Source: Dictyostelium discoideum (Eukaryota). Taken from it: 64,000 nt of DNA. The DNA is taken from NCBI GenBank assembly GCA_000004695.1, contig CM000152.2:1920001-1984000 (forward strand), given 5' to 3'. Shown here one piece after another: positions 1 through 14,534 of this stretch. Under the pieces are notes generated by a model. The model was not told the origin of the DNA, did no database searches, and was given only the letters and a program-made list of their open reading frames with translations. The position numbers and the translations under genes are program-made. Positions within the stretch are counted from its first letter, which is position 1. The number at the start of each line of letters is the position of its first letter.

Positions 1-1054
<1,054 letters not shown>

Positions 1055-1104
1055 TTATTTTTTATTTTTTTATTTTTTTATTTTTTTATTTATTTGTTTA
1101 TTTA

Positions 1105-1135
<31 letters not shown>

Positions 1136-1191
1136 ATTTATTTTTAAAGTGGTTGTGACTTTTTTGTTTTGTTTTTGTTTTTATTTTTTTT

Positions 1192-1228
<37 letters not shown>

Positions 1229-1667
1229 TTTTTTTTTATTATTATTAGAAAAATATTTATATTTACAAATTAATAAGAGTGATTTTGTGAGAGTATTTTA
1301 ATTGAATAGAGGTAAGTTTTCGTTTGTTTCTTTTTCTATCTCTCTTTGTTATTCAACTGTCTTACCAAATATCGAAATATTTTTTTTTTTTTTTTTATTT
1401 TTAAATTATTTTTTTTTAATTTTTTTTTTTTAATTTTTTTTTTAATTTTTTAATTTTTTTATTTTTTCATTTTGGCACCAAATTGAAGTACCTTTTTTTA
1501 TTTTTTTAATTGTTGTGTTTTCATAAATAGGGTGGTGTTCAAGAATAATTAATTATTTATTTTTTTTTAAAAAAGTGTTGCTATGAATAATTAATTCATT
1601 TTTTTTTTTTTTTTTTTTTTCAATTTCAATAATAACTAAAAAAAAATATAAAATAATAATAATAAAA

Positions 1668-4569
1668 ATGTATCATATTATTTCGTCAAACATAAATAAT
1701 ATTAATAATAAATCAAATAAACCGAATGATAATAAAAATGATAAAACTAAATTTAATTCAAAGATCTTAGTGATTGTATTGATTGGTATAATATTCCATG
1801 CAGTATTCACATTAAGTATTTTTGATATCTATTTCAGATCACCATTAGTACATGGGATGACACCACATCCTATTAATTTACCAGCTCCAGCAAAAAGATT
1901 AGTTTTATTTGTTGGTAAATATTTAATATTACTATTCCACACCAACCCCTTTAAATTTTTAAAATTAAATAAATAATCATTTTGCAATAAAATACTAATA
2001 ATATTTTCATTTTTTTTGGAAAAAAAAAAAAAAAAAAAAAAAAAATAAAAATATTGGATTCCGATTTACATTTATGTATCGTTTTGGAAAAAAAAAAAAA
2101 AAAAAAAAAAAGCTGATGGATTAAGAGCAGATAAATTTTTTGAAATTGATGAAAATACAGGTAAATCTAGATCACCATTTTTAAGAAATATAATTGAAAA
2201 TAAAGGAACATGGGGTATTTCACATACAAGAGTACCAACAGAGACAAGACCAGGACATGTTGCATTGATAGCAGGTTTCTATGAAGATGTTAGTGCGGTT
2301 ACAAAGGGATGGAAAGCGAATCCCGTAGAATTTGATCATCTTTTCAATGAAACTACCTATTCATTTGGTTATGGTAGTCCAGATGTTTTACCAATGTTTT
2401 CAGAAGGTGTACCACATATGCAATCAGAATCCTATCCAGAGGAAGCAGAGGATTTCGCATCAGATGCATCAAAATTGGACACTTGGGTATTTGATAAAGT
2501 TCAACAATTACTATTAAATGCCTCAACCAATGATCAAGAATTGAACAGAAAGTTACGTTCAGATAAAGTATCAATATTCTTACATTTATTAGGTTTGGAT
2601 ACAAATGGTCATGCATATAGACCAAATTCAAAGGAATATTTTGATAATATTGCTTTGGTAGATAGAGGCATTGAAAAGATAGTAAAGTTAATCGAAGATT
2701 TCTATGGTAATGATGGTAAGACAGCATTTGTTTTCACTGCAGATCATGGTATGAGCAATAGAGGTTCACATGGTGATGGTGAACGTGCAAACACAGAGAC
2801 ACCATTAGTCGTATGGGGTAGTGGTGTGAGAGGTCCGTTATCATCAGATCTTCAAATGGAGAGAATTGCATCACTTCGTGGCAAAGCAAAGGAGATGTTA
2901 CCAGTTAATGTAGAAACACCAACCAATTGGAAACTATCATCATTGTTCCGATCAGATGTATCACAGGCCGATATTGCACCATTGATGACCTCATTGTTGG
3001 GTGTGCCAAGTCCATTGAATTCAGTGGGTGTATTACCCACCGAAATCTTATCCGAAGATACACCACAATATACAACTGCTGCATTACGTGCAAATACCTT
3101 ACAAATTTGGGAGATGTACAAAATTAAATCTTCCTCTAAACAGCAAAGTACCCTCATATTCTTTTCACCATTCACAAAGTTAAGCGATGCCGATAGAATG
3201 TTTGAAAGAATTGAGCAACATATTAGCCTCTCACAATGGGAAGATGCACAAATCCTATGCCATCAAATGATCGATCTCTGTTTAATGGGTTTAAATTATT
3301 TCCAAACCTATGACCGTCCCTTTCTTATGACCGTAATTACAATGGGTTATTTTGGTTGGATCATTACACTCTCACTTTATGTATTAAACAATTATACCTC
3401 AATTGGCATAGAGAATTGTAATCAACAGAAATTAAGCACACAAATGAAAAGATTCAAAACTTTATCAAATTATTTAATCTTTATCGAAAGTATTGCATTG
3501 GTTGGATTCTTATTGGCAACTGATGCTCCATTACTCTATTATCTCTATTGTGTGTTTTTAGTATTGTTTTGGGCGAAAACCATTCCATCGAATATTGTAC
3601 CATTATATATTTTCATTTGCGATTCTTTCTCACAAGTCTCTTCAACTCGTGGTCATTTCATCAATACAAATAATAGCGCAAACCTTTCAATCATAAAGAA
3701 TTTCATCATATTATCAGTCTCTGCCATCTCTGTTATGGAGTTATTGGTTGTCTCTTATTTCCATCGTGGTGTACTCTCTTTGTTATATCAAATTTTAGGT
3801 GTAGTATCTGTGTTTTTCTTTTACAATCGTTCTGGTGCTGGTAAAACTTCAACTTTATTAAAATCACTTTGGCTCATATCTTGCCTTTTAATGTCAATTT
3901 TCCCATCATTACCAATCGATTATGGTAGTGATACAAAATTGGTTTGTTTTGGTGGTATTTTAATTTCAATTTTAGGTGTTTTAACAAGTTTATTTAAATT
4001 TAGAAATAATTCAAAACAACAACAACAATCATCATCATCATCTCAACAAAAACTACAAAAATCAAAGAAAAATCAAATTATAAATTCAATTTTAATCATA
4101 TCAATTTTATTATCAAGTTTCATAGTTTATACTACAGATTCATCATTAGAGAAAAAGATTGGTTTACCATTCATTAATCAACTCTTAAGTTGGATCTTAT
4201 TGGTATCAGGTGTTCTCATTTTAGCAATCTATAGAGGTAAAGGATTTTATGACCATTGGACTTTCTTATGTCTTAGTCTTTCAATTCCATTCCTTTTATT
4301 ATCAATCTCTTATGAAGTACTCTTTTTTGGAAATTTAATTTTAAATTTAACACTTTGGATGTATTTTGAATTAAAGGTTGATAATGATCATACAATTCCA
4401 AAATTAGTTTCAATAACTCCAAATTCTGAACCTTCAACTTCTCTTTCTTTCTCAAAATCTGCTTCAAAATCAAATTTAATGAATATTACTCAACATGATA
4501 TCAGAAGAGCTATATTTTATGTATGTATTTTTTTAAATAATGAAAAGAAAAAAAGTAAAACAAAATATT

Positions 4570-4625
<56 letters not shown>

Positions 4626-5073
4626 ATAGATTTTCTTTTGCTATGTAGGATTTTTTGGAGTTGGTAATATCGCAAGTATAAGTAGTTTTGAAATTTCATC
4701 AACTTATAGATTTACAACCATTTTTAGACCATTTTTAATGGGTGCATTATTATTGGTAAAGATTTTCATTCCATTATTATTGGTAGCAATTTCATTCTCT
4801 TTGTTGAATAACAATTTGAATGTTCCAAGACCTGGTAGTTTCTTAATTGTAATTGCCTTAACCGATATAATGAGTATCAATTTCTTTTTCTTGGTTAAAG
4901 ATACTGGTAGTTGGTTAGAAATTGGTGTTAGTATTAGCCATTATGCAATTTCAAACGCTTTTATTATACTTCAATTATTATTATTCGCCGTTTCCGCTTT
5001 ATTAGTACCAACAACATTAAAATATATTAATAATAATAGTAATAATAATAACAATACAATAAAATCAAAATAA
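1668..5073 (+). CDS. pigN: GPI ethanolamine phosphate transferase 1 (PIG-N/MCD4). Exons 1668..1914, 2113..4520, 4630..5073.
   Basis: Exon 1 ([40 protein letters not shown]) aligns to the PIG-N N-terminus, [23 protein letters not shown]...RRLVLFVADGLRAD. The GTAAAT donor at 1915 and acceptor AG at 2111-2112 restore [67 protein letters not shown], which is near-identical to human PIG-N. The multi-TM C-terminal half is present. The last intron (4521..4629) was chosen so that DIRRAIFY+[20 protein letters not shown] matches the human spacing [28 protein letters not shown]. The terminal exon matches DYGSWLDIGTSISHY. Confidence 0.85.
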
Positions 5074-5208
5074 ATTTAAAACAATTAAAATAAAATATAT
5101 ATTAAAAAAAAAAAAAATAATAATAATAATAATAACAATAAAATTATAATAATACTAATAGATAATTTTTAAAATTTTTATTGTTTAAATTAAAATATTT
5201 ATTATTTA

Positions 5209-6024
5209 TTATTTGTTTTCTTTTAATTTTTTAGAAATTACTTCACTCCATTGTTGAACTTTAATATTTTTAGATAAAAGTTCTTCTAAAATTTCAGAAG
5301 AATTAATATTACAAGGTAAACCTTTAGTCATTGCATCAGTTTTAATGGCAAGATTCATATAATAGAATGCAAACTTTTTGACAGATATAATATCATCTTC
5401 ATCCAATGGTGGAGGTGGTGTTGTTGGTTGTTGAGCTGGTGAAGTTGTGGTGGTTGTAGTGGTTGTAATTTTACTACTACTTGGTTTTTTACCAAATACA
5501 AATTTATGTGATGCTTGAGAGGAGGATGAAGAAGATGAAGATGATGATGACGAAGATGATGATTTTTGTAATTTTGTTAATTCATCTTGTAATTTTGATT
5601 TTTCTTTTTCTAATTGATTAATTTTTGATTCTTGATCTTTACATTTTTTCAAAGCATTATCTAAATCTTTTTTTTGATTTTTTAAACTATTTTTCTTGGA
5701 ATTCTTATCATTTGATGAAGAGAGTAGAATTGAAATTTCTGCTTGTACTCTTTCCAATTGTAAATCGGCATCAGTTTTCTCTTTTTTTAATTGTTCATTT
5801 TCTTGTCTAAATTGTTGGATTTCTAATTGATGTTTTTCAAACTCTAATTTATGATTTTCCAATAATGATTTTCTAGTTTGTTCAAATTCTTTCATTTGAT
5901 TCTTTATATCTTCTCCTAGTTTATTATTGTTAACCTTTAATTTTTGACATTCATCATTTGTTGATTTTAATTCAATTCTAGTTGTTTCTATATCTTTTTC
6001 AAGTTTAACTTTAACTTTATTCAA
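5209..6024 (-). CDS. Hypothetical coiled-coil protein with poly-Ser/poly-Thr linker and a conserved-looking C-terminal ~60 aa (FAFYYMNLAIKTDAMTKGLPCNINSSEILEELL).
   Basis: A single 271-aa ORF on the minus strand. It has a heptad-like K/E/Q/L-rich N-terminal 170 aa, then S18 and T8 tracts. I recognise no named domain in it. Confidence 0.5.
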   Translation of the reverse strand: MNKVKVKLEKDIETTRIELKSTNDECQKLKVNNNKLGEDIKNQMKEFEQTRKSLLENHKLEFEKHQLEIQQFRQENEQLKKEKTDADLQLERVQAEISILLSSSNDKNSKKNSLKNQKKDLDNALKKCKDQESKINQLEKEKSKLQDELTKLQKSSSSSSSSSSSSSSSQASHKFVFGKKPSSSKITTTTTTTTSPAQQPTTPPPPLDEDDIISVKKFAFYYMNLAIKTDAMTKGLPCNINSSEILEELLSKNIKVQQWSEVISKKLKENK

Positions 6025-6241
6025 TTCATCTCCTATTTAAATAATAAAAAAAATAATAAATATATAATTTAATAAATTAAAAAAATAATGATAATTGATA
6101 AAAAATAAAAAAAAAAAATTATAAAATATAAAAAATAATGGAAAAATAAATAAAAAAAAATAGGAAGAGTATAAAATTTTATGGTTTTTATTTATTTATA
6201 TAAAAATGTATATAGATGTATATAAATGAAATTATTTATTT

Positions 6242-6281
<40 letters not shown>

Positions 6282-6292
6282 TTATGTACAAA

Positions 6293-7715
6293 TTAATTAT
6301 TAATAGATTTGAAATTATTATTGATAACATCAGTGAAATGAAGAGTTATATTATTAAATAAATTTTGAATATTTTCAAAATTTAAATGATTGTCAATAAT
6401 GTTATCAATGTGTTGGTGAACACTATTATTATTTTTATAGAGATAGAAACAACAAATGGATAAAATGATAGGTGAGATAATAATGATTGGTAGAAAATTA
6501 TAATTTTTACTCTCTAATTCTGTTTTGGTTTGTTTTTCGGTAACATCTTTAATATCATTTTTCAATGAATTAATATCATTTGCTTGATTTTTATTTGTTT
6601 CCTATAGGAAAAAAAATAAATTTAAAATATATAAGAATTTTTGTGAATAAGGTTTTTTTAATTTTTCAATCATAATAATTATAATAATAATAATAAAAAT
6701 AATAATTACTTTAAATTCATTTAATAATTCACCTAAACTATCCTTTTCTTCAGTTAAAGATTTATTAATATCTTCAAGTTCTTGTAATTTTTGTTCCATA
6801 CTGGTACAATAAGTTTCTAAAATTGATCTCTCACGAGCTTCTTCATTCAAATGTTTCTTTAATTGTTCTATTGTTACTTTAGCATCTTCCAATTGTTCAC
6901 TTGTTGATCTCTTATCTTCTCTAATACCTAAATCAATAGCTGAAACTTGGTATAATAAAGTTTGTTTAATTTCGTATAATACATGAAATTCTTCAATCAA
7001 TACTCTTACAACTTCACTAATACTATTGGAATCTGTCATCATTGATTCTAAACTCTCTTCTTTTGGTCTTAATAATGTTGGTGAGAATACAATTGCTAAA
7101 TTTGAACTTGTCATTTTATTAATACTTGAATGTAACTATTTTTTTTTTTTTTTTTTTTTATGTTAATAATAATAAAAATTGGAAATCTAAATAATAATAA
7201 TAATATAAAAAAAAACTTACTTGAATTGTATTTAAAAATTTTAATAAAATTTGAAGTAAATCATAATTTTCTTTTGGAAGTGCAGAAAGTAATGATTTTA
7301 TGAAAGAAATTTTTGAATTCTTATCCTTAATATCAATTGAAGCTAAAAAGTTTTTATATAAATCAAAGGTTAGGAGTGGTTCATCACCATCTCTAAGGAA
7401 AGCTTTTAAAGCACCACTAACACAATGAGAATCAATCTTTGAGAAATCAATTGAATCACCCTCACCATTCTCCAATTGTTTCTTTAATTCTTTAACTTTA
7501 GTATTGTTACCTGAAATTCTGCAAATACCTTCCAACTCTATACAATTGGTTTCCAAATAATGAATTAATTGTTTTATTGCTGCTATTACAATTGCTTTTT
7601 GTTTTTTCTTTTTTTCACCTGGTTTCAATATTTTTTTAAATGTTTTTGCCATTGTTTTATCTTTATTTCTTTTTAATGTTGTTGCTTGTGGGCTTCCACC
7701 TTCTTTTGGTTCCAT
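6293..7715 (-). CDS. RhoGAP domain protein with coiled-coil and a C-terminal transmembrane helix. Exons 7715..7221, 7135..6710, 6601..6293.
   Basis: The RhoGAP core is split by an intron: ...EGICRISGNNTKVKELKKQL...HCVSGALKAFLRDGDEPLLTFDLY...LLKFLNTIQ | (GTAAGT 7220, acceptor AG 7137-7136) | LHSSINKMTSSNLAIVFSPTLLRP. It carries the arginine-finger R in the GxxRxSG context and the NKMT..NLAIVF motif. The second intron runs from GTAATT at 6709 to acceptor CCTATAG at 6603-6602. The last exon encodes ETNKNQAND...YNFLPIIIISPIILSICCFYLY (TM) and a stop at 6293. Confidence 0.7.
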
Positions 7716-7904
7716 TTTTCTTTTTATTTAATTTTTTATTTTATTTATTTATTTATTTTTTATTATTACAAAATTACAAATACAATTATTTAAATTATTT
7801 ATTTATTTTTTAATATGTTGAGTGTTTTTTCAATGTTTTTTTCACTACAAATTTTTTTGGGCAAATAAAAAAAAATTGAATTTTGTTATTTATTTTAAAA
7901 TTAA

Positions 7905-7934
7905 TTTTTTAATATTATTTATTTATTTTTTAAT

Positions 7935-7978
<44 letters not shown>

Positions 7979-8016
7979 TTATTTATTTATTTATTTATTT
8001 TGTTTATTTATTTATT

Positions 8017-8067
<51 letters not shown>

Positions 8068-8075
8068 TTCTATTT
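7905..8075. repeat. (TTTA)n / (ATTT)n microsatellite of about 40 units, with shorter copies at 1081-1140 and 6240-6290.
   Basis: Read directly from the sequence. It lies in the intergenic space upstream of the RhoGAP gene. Confidence 0.9.
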
Positions 8076-8579
8076 ATTGTTCTTTTTTTATTTTTTTGAT
8101 GATACAGTTATGTGGGTAAATTATTATTATTATTACAAAATGTGATACAATCAGCAAAAATGATGAGAGGTTTAAAAAAAAAATAATAAAGGGGTGGTTT
8201 TTGGAAAAAAAAAAAAAAAAAAATTGAAAAATATTTTTTTTTTTGTCAAAATTTTTCAAATAATTAAAATGATTCAAAGCACGATTGAATGAATCTTATT
8301 TTAGTCCTTTTTTGATTTTAATTTTTTGTTCTTTATTTTTATTTTTTTTTTTTTATTTTTACTTTTTTTTTTATTTTTATTTTTTTACTTTTACTTTTTG
8401 ACAATTAAAATGATTTAGGATAAAAGGTTTTTATTTTTTTTATTTTCCTTTTGTTTTTTTTTTTATTTTTAATTATTAATAAATAGAATAGAATTTTTAA
8501 ATAAATAAATGAAAATAGAATTTTTTTTAATAAATAGAAATAGAAATTTTTTTTTTTTTTTTTTTTATTATAGAAAAAT

Positions 8580-10787
8580 TTATCTTCTATATCTATATCT
8601 TTTGAAATTAAACCAAAGATGAAGTACACCTTTATCATCGAAAACACATTTGTAACCATATTTATGAGATTTTTCCCATTCTTTTTTAACGATTTTGAAA
8701 GCAATATCTTCATAAGGTGGACCGGCACTAAATCTTAGTATACAAGTGTCTGGATTATCAGGTGATGGTGATACAAAATATTGAGGTGATTTGGTAGTAT
8801 CAATAAGATCTGGATAAAAGATATTGAATTTATAACCTCTGACAACCTTTGGAGGAGGATTATCATAATCATAATGAGTACGATTATATTTAGTCCAGTC
8901 ATAACCAGTATGTACTCTATTGAAGAATCTTGGTTTTCTTGGTCTATGTTTATCATGCCAAGCATAATATTTTTGTTCTAATGGTACTTCTAAATCAAAT
9001 TGTTCTTCGAAATCATTATCTTCATCAAATTCATCTTTAGTTTCTTTGTTTTTATAATTACTATTATTATTATTATTATTATTGTTATTATTTGTTGATG
9101 TTGATGTAGTATTACTTTGATTATTATTGTTATCATCTGTATTTTCACTGTTAAATGGTAAATTCATATCATTTGCAACACCTTTCAAATATTTCTCGGT
9201 TTCCATTTCTGAAAGTTTCAATTTAAGATTTTCTGTGAATCTTTCAGACAAGAAAGAAGATGCTTTATACATTTTCAAATGCTTTAATAAAGTTTCCCAA
9301 TATTCAACATTCATTGCAGAACCAGATTCTAATTTCTTGATAATATCAACCTCTAAATCGCATAGTTCCTTATATGATTTACCAGATAGAATTGATTTAA
9401 TATTTGGTGTCAATGAATGATGTAATGCAGTCGAATCACCAAAACCACTACCATTACCATTCCCATTACCATTATTATTGGTTTCATTATTTTTACTTTC
9501 AATTAATTGTAGTTGATAATTTGTTAATTCTAAAGCAGCATCCCAAAATTCTAAATTACTTTTATCATTATCTAAATAAGTGAATTCACGTAAACCTTCA
9601 ATTAATTCTTCAAGTTCATTAGTGGAATCTAAAGATTGAATTAACATTACAGGATCACGATTACCTCTATAGTCGAATGGTAATGATTGCATGTGAATTG
9701 CTCTATAGAGGTAATCCAATGGTTTTGAACGATTATCTAATAGACGTGATTCACAACGTTTACAAGCTTGAATGAAATGAAATTCCTCTTCTTTTTTTTC
9801 CAACTCTTCATTGTTTGACATATCTCTCATACGTTGTAAACGTTCTTTCTCTTCTTCCCAAATTTCTTTTTCCTTTTCACGTTGTTCACGTTTTGCTTTG
9901 GCCTTTTCAATTTCTTGTTGAATTTCTTCTCTTCTCTTCTTTCCAAATTTTTCATCGTATTCACTTGGTTTCATACCATCTTTAATCAACTTATCTCTTT
10001 TTGCCTTCCAAACGAATTTCTCTTGTAAATTTACATCATTGAATGGATTGGTCATATTTGAATAACCAGATAAATCTAAACCACTCTTTTTATTCTCTTC
10101 TTTTCTTTGTTTCTTTTCTAATCTTCTCTTTCTTTTCTCTTCTGGTGTTTCTCTAGCTTTTCTTTCTTCTTTTTCTTTCTTTTCTTGTTTCTTTCTTTTT
10201 CTTCTTTCTTCTTTACTCTCTTTATTTGATGTTGATGATGTTGATGTTGATGATGATGATTTTCTTTTTCTTTCATAGTCACTATCATCGCTTCCACTAC
10301 TACTATCACTATCACTATCACTATCGCTATAATCTTTTCTATTTCTTTTATAACTTGATGATTTTTTATCTCTTGATCTTGATCTTGATTTTGATCTATC
10401 TTTTTCAGAAGATGACTTTTTCTTATCTCTGGATCTTGACCTATCTCTATATTTTCTATCTCTGTCTATGTCTCTACTTCTATCTCGTTCCTCACTTCTA
10501 TCTCTATCTTTTTTATTTCTCTCCTTACTTCTATCTCTATCTCTTTCTCTATCTCTTTGGTTTTCTTTGTCTCTGCCTCTATATCTGTCCCTTTCTTCAC
10601 TTCTATCTCTGTCTCTATCCATTCTATCTCTTTCACCATCCCTATCTCTTTCTCTATCTCTATCTCGATCTCTTTCTCTATCTCTATCTTTTCCCCTATC
10701 TCTTTCTCTATCCCTATCTCTTTCTCGGTTTCTATCTCGGTCTCTATCTTTATCGTCACTCATTTTTATGAAAATATAAAAAGACAA
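8580..10787 (-). CDS. cactin: Cactin homolog (spliceosome-associated), single exon. The true start is probably the second Met at 10763.
   Basis: The C-terminal domain [43 protein letters not shown]...[34 protein letters not shown]...[12 protein letters not shown] is near-identical to the cactin C-terminal domain. The N-terminus is RD/RE/RS dipeptide-rich, as in cactin. There is a mid-protein coiled coil. Confidence 0.85.
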   Translation of the reverse strand: MSFYIFIKMSDDKDRDRDRNRERDRDRERDRGKDRDRERDRDRDRERDRDGERDRMDRDRDRSEERDRYRGRDKENQRDRERDRDRSKERNKKDRDRSEERDRSRDIDRDRKYRDRSRSRDKKKSSSEKDRSKSRSRSRDKKSSSYKRNRKDYSDSDSDSDSSSGSDDSDYERKRKSSSSTSTSSTSNKESKEERRKRKKQEKKEKEERKARETPEEKRKRRLEKKQRKEENKKSGLDLSGYSNMTNPFNDVNLQEKFVWKAKRDKLIKDGMKPSEYDEKFGKKRREEIQQEIEKAKAKREQREKEKEIWEEEKERLQRMRDMSNNEELEKKEEEFHFIQACKRCESRLLDNRSKPLDYLYRAIHMQSLPFDYRGNRDPVMLIQSLDSTNELEELIEGLREFTYLDNDKSNLEFWDAALELTNYQLQLIESKNNETNNNGNGNGNGSGFGDSTALHHSLTPNIKSILSGKSYKELCDLEVDIIKKLESGSAMNVEYWETLLKHLKMYKASSFLSERFTENLKLKLSEMETEKYLKGVANDMNLPFNSENTDDNNNNQSNTTSTSTNNNNNNNNNNSNYKNKETKDEFDEDNDFEEQFDLEVPLEQKYYAWHDKHRPRKPRFFNRVHTGYDWTKYNRTHYDYDNPPPKVVRGYKFNIFYPDLIDTTKSPQYFVSPSPDNPDTCILRFSAGPPYEDIAFKIVKKEWEKSHKYGYKCVFDDKGVLHLWFNFKRYRYRR

Positions 10788-10827
10788 TAAAACAAATAAC
10801 CAAAAATGAAAATTAAAAAAAAAAAAA

Positions 10828-10859
<32 letters not shown>

Positions 10860-11109
10860 GTTTTTTTTTTTTTCATATTTTTTTCAATTTCCAATTGTGG
10901 AAAATCTTTCAAATAATTACTTTTTATTTTAAATTAATAATATATTAATTAAAAATTTTAATTTATTAAATTAATAGATTAAAAAAAAAAAAAAAAAAAA
11001 CCAATTATTAAAAAAAATAACAATGATAAAATTCCCTAATTTTATTTTTTTAAAAATAATAATAAAAAATTATAAATAATAATAAAAATAATAATAAACA
11101 AATAAAAAA

Positions 11110-12313
11110 ATGAATTTAAATAAATACAAAAAAAGACAAAAATCAAATCTTTGGAAAGATAAAGTAAATGAAATTATTGATCAAGTAAGTTTAATCAATA
11201 ATCGAAGAAAAATAAAATTAAAAAAAATAAAATAAAAAGTATTGGGTGAAAAAAAAAAAAAAAAAAATCAAAATGGATTATTAAAAAGAAATAAAAAAAA
11301 AATTTTATTTTGTAAAATATGTATAGAAATTTACTTTTTCAAAATTTAATAATAATAATACCTCTGAAACTATTATTGAAGAAAATTGCTCACCAGAAAA
11401 GTTTGATAGATTATCAATATTATTTGAATCTGATAAAAATAACAATATAAAAAATATCTTTAATAATAATAATAATTATAATAATTATAATAATAGTGAT
11501 AATTTCAATTTAACAAAATTTTGGTTATTAAAAGACAATTTAACAATTTATGAATGGAAAAATTTTAATTATGTTAATATACAAAATCAAATAATTGAAA
11601 ATTTAGAAAACCAATTTGAAAAATCATTACTTCATAATGATGATTTTCAAATTACCAAAACCATAAAATTCAATCAAATTAGATGTGAACCTACAATTGG
11701 ATATAGACCAAATAATAGAATAATTAATAGTAATAATAATAGTAATAATGAAGAAAATTATCATCCATCAATAGTATTTGATGTTGGATTTTATCAAACT
11801 TTAAATGATTTGCTATTAAAATCAAAATTTTATTTTACATTCAACAATATTAAAATAGTAATATTATTAAAATTTTGGTTCAATGAAATAGATAATTCAT
11901 ATAAAATTTTATTAATTCAAATTTTAAAAGATGGAAATAATTTTTCAAATAATAATAATAATAATAATTTTTCAAATAATAATAATAATAATAATTTTTC
12001 AAATAATAATAATAATAATAATAATAATAGTAAACCATTAAAATTAAAAATTGAAAGAATATTAATATTAGGAAATAATAATGATATTATTGATGATAAG
12101 TCAATATTATCAATTATAAATAATTGGTTTTGTGAAATGTGTGATTACAAAAGAAATAAAAGTTTAAACAATGATTGCGGTGGTTCCAATTTAATTGAAT
12201 TACCATTATCACATTTATACTATAACGTACCAGATGGTGAAATTTCAAAAAATCAAAAAAATATTAAAATCGATATCAATCAAATAATTCAAATTATTGA
12301 TAATTTTAAATAG
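11110..12313 (+). CDS. Hypothetical Asn-rich protein. Exons 11110..11184 and 11327..12313.
   Basis: ATG at 11110 opens MNLNKYKKRQKSNLWKDKVNEIIDQ. A GTAAGT donor follows at 11185 and acceptor ...TGTATAG at 11325-11326. Exon 2 is an open frame of about 329 codons through CEMCDYKRNKSLNNDCGG to a stop at 12313. The 141-nt intron carries an in-frame stop. The ORF track shows only the distal part (11810..) because it needs a start codon. I see no recognisable domain. Confidence 0.45.
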
Positions 12314-12546
12314 CTAAAAAAAATAAAATAAAATAAAATAAAATAAAAAATAAATAAAATATAAAATTAGAAACTTTCGCTTTTTTAAAAAAAAATAAAA
12401 ATAAAAATAAAAAAAATTTTGAAAAAAAAAAAAAAAAAAAAAAACGACAAATTGTGTTTTTTTTTCGTTAATTCATTATTTTTGATTTTTATTTATTTTT
12501 TTTTTTATTGTTACTCTACTACTAATATATAAATATATAAAAATAA

Positions 12547-14192
12547 ATGGAAGAAGAAACCAAAGTAGTTAAAAAAGTTACTGGACCAGCCAAACCTCAA
12601 AAATTAAGATCAATTGATGTTGAATTAGCTCAAAAATTAAATACTGGTAGTAGCCAAACCAAATCATCAGCACTCTATAAATTAAGATCTGTTGTAAAGA
12701 ATGAAAAATTAACAGAAATTCAATTATTAAAAATTTGGAAAGGTTTATTTTTAAGTATGTAAAAAAAAAAAAAAAAAAAATACACACAAATATATTCTAA
12801 TATTATTATTATTTTTTAGGTTTATATAATACAGATAAACCAATTGTCCAAGAAGAATTTTCAAGAGATATTTCAAAATTAACAACTTATTTTAAAGATT
12901 ATAAAGATTCATTAATGTTTATAAAATGTTTTTTCATTATTTTACAAAAACATTGGGATTACATAGACAAATATCGTGTTGATAAATTCTATTCATTGGT
13001 ACGTAAAATGTTGAATTCATCATTCCAAATTTTAAAGAAAAGAAACGCACAACATGAAGAAGGAAGTGAGGAAGAGGAAGCAAGATTAGCATTGAATGAG
13101 CAGATTTATAGTGGTTTAGTGAAAATCTTTAAGAGTACCGTATTGAATACATCATCCGATTCAACTACAAATACAAATGGTGTCTTACTTCATTTCGCTG
13201 ATATCTATTTAGAAGAATTATTTAAAGTGACACAAGGTCATATGGAACCAATTAATTTGACTAAAATTTTATTACCATTTGTAAACTTTTTAACAAAGAG
13301 TGAAGATGACGTATCTTGTAAACGTATCAAAGAAAGAGTTTTCGATCGTCTCTTAACAACTTATTCACCATTTGATAAAAAAGATGCTTATTATTTACCA
13401 AAAGTTGGTGTTTCCTCTTCAACTCCTGAAATTTTCCCAACTGATTATGAAATGTTTTCAAAATTATTCTTTAAATGTGCTTCTTCAAAGTAAATATTTA
13501 TTAATTTACAAATATATATAATATATAAATATAATTAAATACTAATTTAACTCTTTTTTTTTTTTTTTTTTATTATTCCCAGAGATACATTAGAACAAAA
13601 TAGAAAAACACTTTATGGTTTAAAAAATCAATTCAAGAGAGCACAAGCAGCATTAGAAGAATTAGAAGAATTAGCAGATAATATAGTTTTAGATGAAAAT
13701 GGTGATATCGTTGAAAATCCAAATGTAAATCCAGAAGATTTACAAGGTGATGATAGTGATGATAGTGATGAAGAGTTTGATGTTGATCAAATGGATAGTG
13801 AGGATAGTGGTGAAGGTGAATTTGATGATGAAATCGATGCCGATGATGCTGAGGAATTAGATGATGATGATGATGAAGAATTTGATGAAGAATTGGATGA
13901 AGAAGATGAGGAAGAAGAAGAGGAAGAGGAAGAGGAAGTTCCACCACCACCACCAACAAAAAATTTAAAATCAAAACCATCACCAGTTACTCAAAAAAAT
14001 AAACAACAACAACAACAACCACCAGCAAAACCAGCACCAATTACTAAAAAACAACAACAATCACCAGCTAAACCAACTCAAGTTACTAAAAAACAACAAT
14101 CACCAGCAAAACCAACACCAGTTACTAAAAAACAACAATCACCAGTCAAACCAACTTCACCAAAAGTTGTCAAAAAACCAACAAGAAAATAA
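12547..14192 (+). CDS. Nucleolar protein Nop52 / ribosomal RNA processing protein 1 (RRP1) homolog. Exons 12547..12754, 12820..13489, 13583..14192.
   Basis: ...[15 protein letters not shown] + S + LYNTDKPIVQEEF...WDYIDKYRVDKFYSLVRKMLNSSFQILKKRN...GVLLHFADIYLEEL matches RRP1 [24 protein letters not shown]...WKGIDRLRLDKYYMLIRLVLRQSFEVLKRNGW...GVRFHFIDIYLDEL. Donors are TTAA|GTATGT (12755) and TCAAA|GTAAAT (13490). Acceptors are ttttttAG (12818-19) and ttcccAG (13581-82). The tail is acidic, then K/P/Q-rich. Confidence 0.8.
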
Positions 14193-14534
14193 AACTTTAG
14201 AAAATAAATAAAAATAAAAAAAATAAAAAAAAATATAAAAAATCCATTACACTATTTATTATTTTATTCATTTTTTGTGTTATTTCTAAATTTTATACTT
14301 ATCTGTTGTTTTTTTTTTTTTTTTAATTTAAAAAATAATTCAAATTTAGTAATTACTCAATTAAATATTAAAAACAAATATCCAACACATTTTATGTTAA
14401 AAAATTTAATTTTATTTTTTTTTTTTATTTTTTTTTTTTATTTTTAATTTGGCTAACATGGACTGCATTAAAAAATTTAATTTTAATTTTTTTTTTTTTT
14501 TTTTCATTTTAAAATTTTTCATTTAAATTACTAA

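Noticed and set aside
7822-8277. ORFs 7822..8145 (+) and 8074..8277 (-) and similar short ORFs (25022..25241, 25543..25773, 25903..26118, 50159..50413, 52059..52268) made of F/I/L/Y/K/N codons
   Set aside because: They lie in (TTTA)n, poly-T or poly-A microsatellites or intergenic AT tracts. Amino-acid composition is repeat-driven, there are no splice signals and no similarity to anything, so they are ORF-finder artefacts.
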